From contig CAYGTV010000001.1 in assembly GCA_964353135.1 (NCBI GenBank), forward strand, positions 18,696 to 82,695: a DNA stretch of 64,000 bases, given 5' to 3'. Of this stretch, positions 29,023-37,941 are shown one piece after another. The position numbers were made by a program, and so were the translations under genes. A model generated the notes under the pieces. The model had not been told where the DNA came from. It was given only the letters and a program-made list of their open reading frames with translations, and made no database searches. This stretch comes from an uncultured Candidatus Saccharibacteria bacterium. Lineage in GTDB: Bacteria > Patescibacteriota > Minisyncoccia > Phycocordibacterales > UBA918. Each line of letters starts with the position of its first letter. Position 1 is the first letter of the stretch.

Positions 29023-29400
29023 ATGCGTATTACGACAATTTTGGCAGCAGCTGCTGTATCACTCTCTGCTTGTGCATCGTTTGATGGTTCTCGAGGCATC
29101 ACTGCTGCCTACGTCGAAGGTGATCGGGTCATTGTCGAAACGGTCTCCGGACGTATTGGCGATTTTCCAAAATATCGGATGTGCACATGGGCGCACATCA
29201 ACATCGATCAGGAGGAGAGTTACCGGCTTCGCGCTAACCGCGATTCGACCGAACGGAGTATCCTTGGGGTCACAATCGAGGGTCTCGATTGTCCGTTTGT
29301 CAAACCACGCGAAGGTTCGGGCGGCGGCGGTGTCCGGCAGACAGACTTCGTTGAAGACACAAATCCGACCAATGACCAACCATCACGTGGTCAGCAGTAG
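29023..29400 (+). CDS. small putative lipoprotein (Cys-containing, secreted)
   Basis: MRITTILAAAAVSLSAC is a signal peptide with a lipobox-like LSAC; strong promoter and ribosome-binding site; lies in a local GC-rich stretch (about 60% versus about 45% background). Confidence 0.5.
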   Translation: MRITTILAAAAVSLSACASFDGSRGITAAYVEGDRVIVETVSGRIGDFPKYRMCTWAHINIDQEESYRLRANRDSTERSILGVTIEGLDCPFVKPREGSGGGGVRQTDFVEDTNPTNDQPSRGQQ

Positions 29401-29534
29401 TAAGAATACAACCCCTCCAGCAAAACATCGCTGGTGGGGTTGACTTTTTATATTATGTGTGCTAATCTTGTAGAAATCAAGTACAGGACCAAAGAGACCT
29501 TTGACTTCAAATTTTCACAGCCTTGGAGGGCATC

Positions 29535-30065
29535 ATGGAAAAAATCTATACATTACTGGCAGGTGCTTTCCTTACGGTAATCACTTGTGTCGCCGCCGCC
29601 GCGCCGACAACAGTTGAGGCTCAAACAGCCCCAACCACAACTTCTGAATGTGTTTCAGTCGTTGTCGATCTCTACTGCCAAAAAGCTCATGATGGTCTGT
29701 TTATTGGAGACCGGGAGGTAGAAACCGTTCAAATCACGGTTTGTGCACTTCCCGAACACTGGGCCGCAATCCAACGCCAAGACCCCAACGATTCATGGTG
29801 GGGAGAGGCGCTAGCGGACACAGGCCGCCCTGATCTGCGATGGCTCAAGATCCGAGCAATCAAGGAGCAGTGTCGCATTCGTCATGCACCAATCGGTGCA
29901 CGAGTCGGTACGAGATACCTCTGCCCACCAACAGTCGAGGGTTGGTATTGGACAGAGGTTGTGACTGGACCTGGGACATACTTCATGTCTATTCCGGTAT
30001 CAGACACCACTCCAAATCCAGCCAACCCAGACCCGGATGAGAACGTCCCAGCTCTCATTGGTTAA
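29535..30065 (+). CDS. small secreted Cys-containing hypothetical protein
   Basis: MEKIYTLLAGAFLTVITCVAAAAPTTVEAQ signal peptide; GGAGG ribosome-binding site 7 nt upstream of the ATG at 29535 (the track start at 29523 is TTG); same GC-rich patch. Confidence 0.5.
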   Translation: MEKIYTLLAGAFLTVITCVAAAAPTTVEAQTAPTTTSECVSVVVDLYCQKAHDGLFIGDREVETVQITVCALPEHWAAIQRQDPNDSWWGEALADTGRPDLRWLKIRAIKEQCRIRHAPIGARVGTRYLCPPTVEGWYWTEVVTGPGTYFMSIPVSDTTPNPANPDPDENVPALIG

Positions 30066-30199
30066 GTGAAAAGTAGATCGGCTGTAAAGGCCGATCTACA
30101 TGAATCAAACTGGATTCAGACGAGTTGTTACGACAACTCTTTTAATCCGATTTTATTCGGTGCAGACAAATTTAGAAACAAATTACTTACAATATATTT

Positions 30200-33100
30200 A
30201 TGAAAACAATCTCACAATCATTTATTTTCGCTGGAATCGTACTTGCACTACTTGCTGGTGTATTTGCTTTTTCTGCAATGACTGCTGATGCCTATGGTTC
30301 AAGTTGTGGATCATGTGATGCACCTGACACAGGTGGAGGAAGTATCGGTGGTGGAGGCGGTGGATCTACTCCACCTTCTGTTACACCCCCAGTTTGTGAT
30401 ATCGATGTAGATCTAGACGTTGTAGCAGTTGGAGAATTTTACACCATTGACTGGAATGTTATTTCAGCATCTCCAGTTAACGTATACATCAACGGTGACC
30501 ATGTAGAAAAGACAGGGGAAGCAACTTATGATTTTCTTGCCTCAACACCAGAACTAGAATTTTTCAATCTAACAGCAGAAAATGCTGGAGGTACATGTTC
30601 TGATCGAGTTGAGATTAGAAAAAAAGTAGTCGAAGAAAAGAAATGTGAACTTGAAATCACAAAATCTGTCGACAAGCACTCAGCTACACCTGGAGAAGAA
30701 CTAACGTACGAGATCAAAGTTGAAAACATTGGTACAGCTGACTGTACTGGAGGAGGGGTTAAGATCGAAGACGTTCTAGACACTAACTTTGAGTACGTAA
30801 GTAATACCTACACCAGTAACCTGACAGAAGGCTACGGATCTGCACCCGTTTATACAGCCTCTACCCGAACAATTCGATTCAATGGAAACACTCTTACTCC
30901 AGGTGAATCAGGAACTATCGTACTATTTGGAAAAGTGGCGACACCACACACATGTGGAGACTTTGAAGTAAAAAACCAAGCTTTTGCCACGGCTTTCGAA
31001 CTAGATAACTTTAATGACTGGGTATACAGTAATGTCGTAAAGACTAACGTTGACTACGATTGTGAAGTGCCTGCGCCACTATGTACGTCATTTACAGCTA
31101 CACCTGGAACTCTTCCAGCAGCTGGTGGAACAGTGGTTCTTGATTGGGACCTACTAAACGTAGCGACTGCTGTAATCGACAACGGAGTTGGAGAAGTGCT
31201 TGCTAATGTTGGATCAAATTATGGTTCAGTTTCTGGGTCACAAACAACGGTCGTAACACAATCAACTACATTTACCTTAACGGCAACAGATGTGGACGGA
31301 GACAAAACTACCTGTAAAGCGCCAGTAACTGTACCAACAGACAATCCTACACCACCACAATGTCCACTAGTCGCAAAAGACGGTCGAACAATTGTAAATT
31401 TCTCAGGAATGAAACTGCGAACTGACCGAACTGCTAACGATGCAGTAACAGCAATCCAATCAGCCGCATTCCCAGTTGGGGAGTATGACATCACGCTTGT
31501 TTCTTGGGACGGATACACCAATCGTGTAAACGCTTCACAGCCAAACGAACAGTGGAAACTAGAGTTCATGAACGGTTCAGCAGTGATTGCTGGATCAGGA
31601 ATCATCGGTGATCTAGCTGATAACGTGATCGAAGCAACAAAGATTGAGCAGGTGAACACGGATTTCACGTTAGCAACTGCAGCGACCGGCGTACGAGCAA
31701 TCCACCCATTCTACCCAGCGTCATCACCAAACAGTCTGTACCCAATTTGTGCAGCAATTGATGAAAAACCGAAAGAAGTAGTGCCACCATCATGTGATAT
31801 GTTCACCGCTACACCGGCGACTATCACAGTTGGAGGAACAGCTACCCTTGCATGGGAATCAACCAACGCTGTCCAAGCATTCATCAACAACGCAATCGGC
31901 GCAGTGGATGTAGACGGAACTATCGAAGTGTCACCATTAGCTGATACAACCTACGTCCTAACACTGATCGGTGCAGAAGATAATACTGTTAACTGTAACG
32001 TACCGGTGAAAGTTGTAGATGAGCCAGTCATGGAATGTGTCGCATTTACTGCGAGCCCATCAGCTCTACCAGTAGGAGGTGGAAACACAACTCTTGCGTG
32101 GGAAGTAATCAACGCAGTATCGGTATCAATCGATAACGGTATTGGCGCGGTTGCACTAACTGATACGCGGGTTGCAGCAGTAACAGAGTCAACGACCTAC
32201 ACCCTCACAGCAACTGATGCTGATGGTGATACAGTTTCATGTATCGCGCCAGTGGCTGTAGCTGATCCGGGAGTGTTTACGTGTGAAGACAACGTCTCAT
32301 TCTCTGCAAGTGATACATCTATCACTCGAGGACAAAGTTCAACTCTTAATTGGGATGTAACAGATGCTGATTCAGTATCTATCTCAGGAATTAGTGCTAC
32401 TACCTTTACTGGTTCACAATCAGTATCACCATCAAGTGACACTACCTATACACTGACAGCAACAAAATCAGGCTTTGAAACTATCTCATGTCCAGTAAAG
32501 ATCAACGTATCTACTGGCGGTGGGGGAGGTGGTACACCAACACCACGTTGTGAACTAGAGATTTCTGACACTCGGATCAACGCTGGAGACGAAATCACAC
32601 TAACGTGGGATTCAACTAACGCTCGAGAACTGACCCTAACTGATAACTTTGGCAACACCCTCGTTACGACAGAAGATAAACTAAGTCGTGATAAAGATGA
32701 TTTGTTTGAAGGAAGTATTGATTTGAACCCAACTCGAAACACAACGTATACACTCCTAGTTGAGCGAGGTTCACGAGATCGAGAATGTGAAGTTAAAGTT
32801 GAAATGGATGATGACGTTGTGCTACTACAGGTTCGAGACCAAGCTCCACTAGTGTCAGGTATCTCGCTAACGCAAGTGCCGTACACCGGATTTGAAGCGG
32901 GACCAATCATGACAGTACTGTTCTACATGCTACTTATCACGTGGGCGCTATACATCACCTATGTACTGGTGATGCCAAAAGCACAGCTTGCAATGGTTCC
33001 AGTAAAGAACAGTTCACTGCGAACTAACGAAGACCTCATGCAACATGCAGAGCAAATTCGACCAGATGTGTTTGCCGCCGTATCAGCCGCACCAGTTGTG

Positions 33101-33703
33101 GAGGTACCAGCTAATCTACCGGTTGCGACTACTCATGTAGCGATGCCAGTAGTTGCCGAAATTCCAGACACAAACACAATTGAAAACCAGGCACATGCAT
33201 TGCAAGCACTTATTTCAAGTGATGCGGCGCGAACTATTGCTGCTATGACTAACGAGTCAAACCAAGCAGAAGTGCTACGGAAAATTGTAAATGATGCGAA
33301 GGGACAATTCCCACTAGAAGACGGATGGGTTGTAATCAACCAATCGCGTCTAGCACAAATCACAGATACTACTACTACAACAGTGTCTCCGTCACCAACA
33401 GGTGCTGGTTCACTAGCGGAAGCTATCGTGACTGGTAACGTTGTTGCAGCGTACAATCTAGTTGGCACTCGACCAATGATCGCGCTAGCAGATGCCGCTG
33501 CTGACCTTGATGCAGTGTACCGAATTAAAAAAGGTGCAGACGCAACAGTTTCAGACATGCTTGCTACAGAAACAGAAAATCTTTCAGAAGGAAAGATCGC
33601 AGAAATGATTGCTGCCCTAACTGGAGCCCTCGACGGAACCTACACCGACGAAAGCTCAGCTGTGAAAATGGCTATCATGAAAGCGGTACAGATTGCTGGA
33701 TAA
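30200..33703 (+). CDS. giant cell-surface protein: signal peptide, DUF11-like domain, at least 6 Cys-bracketed Ig-like repeats, VPYTG sorting-like motif plus TM, then a ~230-aa C-terminal extension
   Basis: Signal peptide; KSVDKHSATPGEELTYEIKVENIGTADCTGGGVKIEDVLDTNFEYVSNTYT resembles DUF11/TIGR01451; repeats of the form C..F.A.P......G...L.W...NA....I.NG.G.V......TTY.LTAT...G....C.APV.V; SLTQVPYTGFEAGP followed by a TM helix at about aa 900. Confidence 0.7.
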   Translation: MKTISQSFIFAGIVLALLAGVFAFSAMTADAYGSSCGSCDAPDTGGGSIGGGGGGSTPPSVTPPVCDIDVDLDVVAVGEFYTIDWNVISASPVNVYINGDHVEKTGEATYDFLASTPELEFFNLTAENAGGTCSDRVEIRKKVVEEKKCELEITKSVDKHSATPGEELTYEIKVENIGTADCTGGGVKIEDVLDTNFEYVSNTYTSNLTEGYGSAPVYTASTRTIRFNGNTLTPGESGTIVLFGKVATPHTCGDFEVKNQAFATAFELDNFNDWVYSNVVKTNVDYDCEVPAPLCTSFTATPGTLPAAGGTVVLDWDLLNVATAVIDNGVGEVLANVGSNYGSVSGSQTTVVTQSTTFTLTATDVDGDKTTCKAPVTVPTDNPTPPQCPLVAKDGRTIVNFSGMKLRTDRTANDAVTAIQSAAFPVGEYDITLVSWDGYTNRVNASQPNEQWKLEFMNGSAVIAGSGIIGDLADNVIEATKIEQVNTDFTLATAATGVRAIHPFYPASSPNSLYPICAAIDEKPKEVVPPSCDMFTATPATITVGGTATLAWESTNAVQAFINNAIGAVDVDGTIEVSPLADTTYVLTLIGAEDNTVNCNVPVKVVDEPVMECVAFTASPSALPVGGGNTTLAWEVINAVSVSIDNGIGAVALTDTRVAAVTESTTYTLTATDADGDTVSCIAPVAVADPGVFTCEDNVSFSASDTSITRGQSSTLNWDVTDADSVSISGISATTFTGSQSVSPSSDTTYTLTATKSGFETISCPVKINVSTGGGGGGTPTPRCELEISDTRINAGDEITLTWDSTNARELTLTDNFGNTLVTTEDKLSRDKDDLFEGSIDLNPTRNTTYTLLVERGSRDRECEVKVEMDDDVVLLQVRDQAPLVSGISLTQVPYTGFEAGPIMTVLFYMLLITWALYITYVLVMPKAQLAMVPVKNSSLRTNEDLMQHAEQIRPDVFAAVSAAPVVEVPANLPVATTHVAMPVVAEIPDTNTIENQAHALQALISSDAARTIAAMTNESNQAEVLRKIVNDAKGQFPLEDGWVVINQSRLAQITDTTTTTVSPSPTGAGSLAEAIVTGNVVAAYNLVGTRPMIALADAAADLDAVYRIKKGADATVSDMLATETENLSEGKIAEMIAALTGALDGTYTDESSAVKMAIMKAVQIAG

Positions 33704-33726
33704 TATAATCTAGTAATTGTATAAAC

Positions 33727-33758
33727 AAAAAGCCGGTGCCTTAGGGCACCGGCTTTTT
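33727..33758 (+). terminator. rho-independent terminator after the 1167-aa surface protein gene
   Basis: aaaaagccggtgcc ttag ggcaccggcttttt, a perfect 14-bp stem with an A-run before and a T-run after. Confidence 0.7.
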
Positions 33759-33819
33759 GTTTTAGGCTTATTAAATTATCACGCTGACAGAAAACTCAAT
33801 GCGTATTATGATGTAAGTA

Positions 33820-35607
33820 ATGCGGGCAATCTTATTACTCTTTTTTGTATTTGCGACCTTTGGAGGTTTCTTGATGCAACCACAAACAGCAATGGCTGCA
33901 CCGGCAATATGTGATTTTTTCTATGTCACTCCCCAGGTAGTAGCTCCGGGTGATCCAATTACTTTGAATTGGGAGACTACTGATGCCACATCGGTATTTA
34001 TTGATAATGGCGTGGGTGCGGTTGCGGTCGACGGGACAACGGGTGTAAACGCACCTGGCGCTGTGGGCGAACAGGTATACGAAATGACGCTTACCTATAC
34101 TGCATATGGTGTAGAACGAGTCACTTCGTGTGCAGCTTCGGTGCAAGTGGTGGCTGCGATTACTCCAACCACACCAGTTTGTGATTTTTTCTATGCGTCG
34201 CCTGCAAACGGTAACCCTAGCCAACCATCAACAGTATTTTGGGAGACTACCAACGCAACACAAGTAGAGCTCAACACTGCTGGGATACAACCACTTGATG
34301 GTTCTTTTGGGGTAGATTTTGACTCGGTAGCAGGTTATTTTGCTAGTGGTCTTGATATCAGTAACTTTGATGGAGTGTCTACCACAACAGCGTTTTGTAA
34401 CGCCGAGCTCAACATCTTCTCGCCGACCGCTTTACGTTTTGCACCGTCAGTCGCGACGGTCGCACCAGGCGGAGATTTTGATCTAGAGTGGGATGTTTTT
34501 GGTACCAGCGTGATCACAATTTTTGATGACGACGGTGCAGAAATTTATTTTGAATTTTTTCCAACTAGTAACGATGCTGACAGCCTATCACTAACTGCTC
34601 CAGTTGCGACCGGTACGTATTCATACGTACTACAAATGTATGAACAATTGTCTGAGGGTGATGCGTATGTGTATGCAACCAGTACTGTAACTGTAGGTAC
34701 AGTAGCTCCTTCTCTTCCAATCTGCAACGCATTTACGGCCACCCCAGCTACGTTTGTAGGGAGTGGTACGACGACGTTAAATTGGGATATAGGCAATACT
34801 GAAACCGTTAACATTGATAATGGTCTGGGGCTGGTCGACTTTACAACCATTGGGCCTTCGAATTTGGTTGGTAGTCTCGACGTATTTGTGTCTGCCAATA
34901 CAACCTTTGAACTCACTGCAACTAACCCAGATGGTTCAACGTTATGTTCTGCAGCTGTGTCGGTGACGGATCCTGAACCACAATCGTCAAGTGGAGGATC
35001 ATCTGGTACAAAAGTACCTCAGCCACAGTGTGTGTTTTTTAAAGCTTCTGCTGATGATGTGATTGAAGGGGCTGCAGTTACACTTTCCTTTGAGACTAAA
35101 AATGCTGACTTAGTTACTATTTACGAAGGAAAAGTGTCTGACAATAAGATTGTATACAAGGTGGCACCAGGAGCTAGTAAGGCCGGAGCAGCTGCGGTAA
35201 CTGTCTCCAAGGACTCGACGTTCACATTGGTAGCTGAAAAAGGTCGCCGGTCAGACGAGTGCTCAACCTCGGTTGCTGCCCTTGATCCGTTTGCGTTTGG
35301 AGGAGCAGGTAGAAACGAAGCAGGAATATTACTGACCGAAGTTCCCGAAACTGGATATGAAATGTCATTCGCTACCAAAATAATGCTGTATGTCATGCTA
35401 GCCAGCGGGACGCTGTTCGTACTGTTTATGGTGATGCACGTGGGGCGCCTGGGAATATTTGCTACGCAGTCTACCGTGAAATATGGTCGGTTCACCCCCA
35501 TTTCTGCCGCCGCTGACCACGCTCTGCGTGTGCATCGGACACGTTCGTTGTTGGTGATAGCAGCCTTGGTGGTTTGTGTCGTGTTGCTGGGGATTCAACT
35601 GCTGTAG
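33820..35607 (+). CDS. cell-surface protein with about 5 Cys-bracketed Ig-like repeats and a C-terminal VPETG sorting-like signal plus TM
   Basis: Signal peptide; repeats CDFFYVTPQVVAPGDPITLNWETTDATSVFIDNGVGAV... paralogous to those of the upstream giant protein; LLTEVPETGYE followed by a TM helix and basic HVGRLG. Confidence 0.7.
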   Translation: MRAILLLFFVFATFGGFLMQPQTAMAAPAICDFFYVTPQVVAPGDPITLNWETTDATSVFIDNGVGAVAVDGTTGVNAPGAVGEQVYEMTLTYTAYGVERVTSCAASVQVVAAITPTTPVCDFFYASPANGNPSQPSTVFWETTNATQVELNTAGIQPLDGSFGVDFDSVAGYFASGLDISNFDGVSTTTAFCNAELNIFSPTALRFAPSVATVAPGGDFDLEWDVFGTSVITIFDDDGAEIYFEFFPTSNDADSLSLTAPVATGTYSYVLQMYEQLSEGDAYVYATSTVTVGTVAPSLPICNAFTATPATFVGSGTTTLNWDIGNTETVNIDNGLGLVDFTTIGPSNLVGSLDVFVSANTTFELTATNPDGSTLCSAAVSVTDPEPQSSSGGSSGTKVPQPQCVFFKASADDVIEGAAVTLSFETKNADLVTIYEGKVSDNKIVYKVAPGASKAGAAAVTVSKDSTFTLVAEKGRRSDECSTSVAALDPFAFGGAGRNEAGILLTEVPETGYEMSFATKIMLYVMLASGTLFVLFMVMHVGRLGIFATQSTVKYGRFTPISAAADHALRVHRTRSLLVIAALVVCVVLLGIQLL

Positions 35608-35610
35608 TAT

Positions 35611-35654
35611 AAAACAAACCAGCCGGCGCCCTTGGGCGCCGGCTGGTTTGTTTT
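35611..35654. terminator. bidirectional terminator between the convergent surface-protein gene and thrS
   Basis: aaacaaaccagccggcgccc ttg ggcgccggctggtttgtttt: a long GC-rich stem flanked by an A-run and a T-run. Confidence 0.7.
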
Positions 35655-35676
35655 ATGTGTACACCTCTCCACTTTT

Positions 35677-37428
35677 TTATACGTTTGTCTCCTCAGTTAA
35701 TTTCATTAGGAAATCTTCGATACTCATGGCTACTGATTCACCAGTGTCACGGGACTCAACCGTAACGGTGTTGGCTTCGATGTCTTTGTCACCGATGATA
35801 ACAAAGTAGGGGAGTCGGTCCTTTTTAGCATTACGTACCTTTTTGCCCATAGAGTCATTACTAGTGTCGATCTCTGATCGGAAGCCAGCTGCCTCGAGTT
35901 TATCATGGACTCCTTGTGCATACTCGTTGTGCGCTTCAGCTACGGGGATGACCGCCACCTGTCCTGGCGAGAGCCAGAGTGGGAAGTTGCCAGCAAAGTG
36001 CTCGATCATGATGGCCATAAACCGTTCGAGTGATCCGGCAATAGCACGGTGGATCATGACAGGTGTTTGTTTGTTACCTTCGTGATCTACGTACTCGAGC
36101 CCAAATCGTCCTGGCATCACAAAATCAAGCTGCGCAGTGGCTAGTTGACGTTCCCGTCCAATGGCGTCATAGAACATGAAATCGAGCTTAGGTCCATAGA
36201 AAGCTGCTTCACCCTCAACTCGTTTGTATGGCAGTTCTAGTCGCTTGGCGACATCTTCTAGCATTGCTTCGGCTTTCTCCCAGCCTGCTCGGTCACCAAG
36301 GTAACCCTCTGGATCAGTTGGATCACTCACTGATAGTGACACCCAGAATTTACCCTCTTCGTACATACCTAGTGTTTGGTAGAACTCTTTGATCACGTTC
36401 ACGATCGCCTCGACTTCTTGGTCGATTTGGTCAAACGTGCAAAACGCATGGCCGTCGTCTTGAGTGATGCTTCGCACTCGACCAAGCCCAATCAGCTCAC
36501 CAGCCTGCTCGTCCCGGTACACCATAGTAGTTTCTGCATACCGAATTGGTAGCTCTTTGTATGAGCGAGGTCGACTGTCAAAGATCTGGGTGTGGTGCGG
36601 GCAGTTCATCGGCTTCATGACAAACTCAGCATCACTTTTGCCTTTCACCTTAAACAACTCATCGCCAAACTTTTCCCAGTGACCTGATTTTTTGTACAGG
36701 TCACTTTTTGTTATGTGTGGAATGGTCACTTTTTGATAGCCGTACTTGGCCTGGATCTGCATGATTTTATCTACGACGAGGTCGCGCATGAGGGTGCCTT
36801 TGGGGGTGAACAGGGGAAGTCCAGCGCCTACCAATTCAGAGAACGTAAACAGATCTAACTCCTTGCCAATTTTTCTATGATCACGCTCTTTGGCTTGTCG
36901 CATTTGTTCTTCGTACGCTGCCAGTTCTTCTTTGGTGTCAAACGCTAGTCCGTAGATTCGGGTGAGCATCGGGTTTTTTTCGTCACCACGCCAGTACGCA
37001 CCAGCGATCTTGTCTAGCTTAAATGCATCCATGGTGATCTCTTCTTTTGGATTTTCGACGTGTCCACCTCGGCACAGGTCGGTAAAGTCGCCGCAGGTAT
37101 ACAGCGTGATAGTTTCTCCCTTACTTTCAATTTCGTCGATTAATTCTAGTTTAAATTCATTACCAGCAAATCGTTCTCGAGCAACACTAGCTGATACTTC
37201 CTCGTGGGTAAATTCAGTCCACTTGTTGACCAGCTTCTTCATTCCTTTCTGAATGGATTTCAGGTCTTCTTCTTTTGGTGATTCTCCAGCAGAAAAATCG
37301 ATGTCGTAGTAGAAACCATTATCAATCGCTGGTCCCAGAGTTAGTTTGGCGTGCGGGTACTGCTCAACAACCGCCGCAGCGAGCAGGTGGGCTAGGGTGT
37401 GTCGTTTGTGTTCGAGGTGTTCGTTCAT
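35677..37428 (-). CDS. thrS: threonyl-tRNA synthetase (lacks N-terminal TGS domain)
   Basis: Begins at the N2 editing domain (HTLAHLLAAAV, H-x-x-x-H); class II core and C-terminal anticodon-binding domain. Start chosen at MNEHLEH (37428); the track ORF extends to 37542 without homology support. Confidence 0.9.
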   Translation of the reverse strand: MNEHLEHKRHTLAHLLAAAVVEQYPHAKLTLGPAIDNGFYYDIDFSAGESPKEEDLKSIQKGMKKLVNKWTEFTHEEVSASVARERFAGNEFKLELIDEIESKGETITLYTCGDFTDLCRGGHVENPKEEITMDAFKLDKIAGAYWRGDEKNPMLTRIYGLAFDTKEELAAYEEQMRQAKERDHRKIGKELDLFTFSELVGAGLPLFTPKGTLMRDLVVDKIMQIQAKYGYQKVTIPHITKSDLYKKSGHWEKFGDELFKVKGKSDAEFVMKPMNCPHHTQIFDSRPRSYKELPIRYAETTMVYRDEQAGELIGLGRVRSITQDDGHAFCTFDQIDQEVEAIVNVIKEFYQTLGMYEEGKFWVSLSVSDPTDPEGYLGDRAGWEKAEAMLEDVAKRLELPYKRVEGEAAFYGPKLDFMFYDAIGRERQLATAQLDFVMPGRFGLEYVDHEGNKQTPVMIHRAIAGSLERFMAIMIEHFAGNFPLWLSPGQVAVIPVAEAHNEYAQGVHDKLEAAGFRSEIDTSNDSMGKKVRNAKKDRLPYFVIIGDKDIEANTVTVESRDTGESVAMSIEDFLMKLTEETNV

Positions 37429-37870
37429 AAGTATAGTTTCTAAGGAATTTTCTGGCGAATTAAAATAGGGAAACATCTGCGCGCGACCAATTTTCAAGAA
37501 GCGAATGCGGCTATGAAAATGGAAGTACTCCTGTGGTGACAATGCTCGGAGCGAAGCCGTTGAGTCTTTTTAGTTCACCAGAAGATTACGTACGTCCTTA
37601 TGAATTACATTACTGCTCTCAGCGGCTTCGCCTACGGTAGCCGGCTGCAGATGCTTCGATCAGCAATGTAATTCAACGGACTAAATTGATAAAAGAAAAA
37701 TCGCCCAAGTGAATATACGAAAAATCGTAGACTCACTCGGACGATCAAAAAGTTCCATCGCGGTTCCACCGAGCTTCGGGCAGGTATACCTGCACCGCAC
37801 TTCATTAACAGGTTAGGGGAGTGTTCCCGCGCAGCTGATGATTGGTAGTCATCACAATCCCTGTCTAGCT

Positions 37871-37899
37871 ATCGTACAGCCGATATAGATTTTTGGCAA
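37871..37899 (-). promoter_or_regulatory. candidate sigma70 promoter for the thrS leader (TTGCCA-17-TACGAT on the minus strand)
   Basis: On the minus strand: ttgcca aaaatctatatcggctg tacgat, immediately downstream of the terminator of the preceding minus-strand gene. It implies a ~400-nt leader. Confidence 0.35.
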
Positions 37900-37902
37900 A
37901 TG

Positions 37903-37937
37903 AAAACCGCGCCGGAAACCGGCGCGGATAGCTTTTT
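37903..37937 (-). terminator. terminator of the dnaE-150aa transcription unit
   Basis: ccgcgccgg aaa ccggcgcgg stem-loop; T-rich runs on both strands (gctttttgg on plus, ttttcatttg on minus). Confidence 0.6.
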
Positions 37938-37941
37938 GGTT

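Noticed and set aside
28871-29443. A 190-aa plus-strand ORF overlapping the lipoprotein gene in another frame, and the antisense ORF 29059..29379
   Set aside because: These are stop-free alternative frames produced by locally high GC. The frame with the signal peptide, promoter and ribosome-binding site (29023..29400) is the credible one.
30100-30288. A 62-aa ORF preceding and overlapping the start of the giant surface protein gene
   Set aside because: It is in a different frame from the 30200 ATG that carries the signal peptide, and it is low-complexity and AT-rich. It is more likely promoter or 5' UTR sequence.
37429-37542. An N-terminal 38-aa extension of thrS suggested by the ORF track (start at 37542)
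   Set aside because: The homologous ThrRS sequence begins at MNEHLEH...HTLAHLL (the N2 editing domain). The extension has no TGS-domain similarity and overlaps the structured leader.
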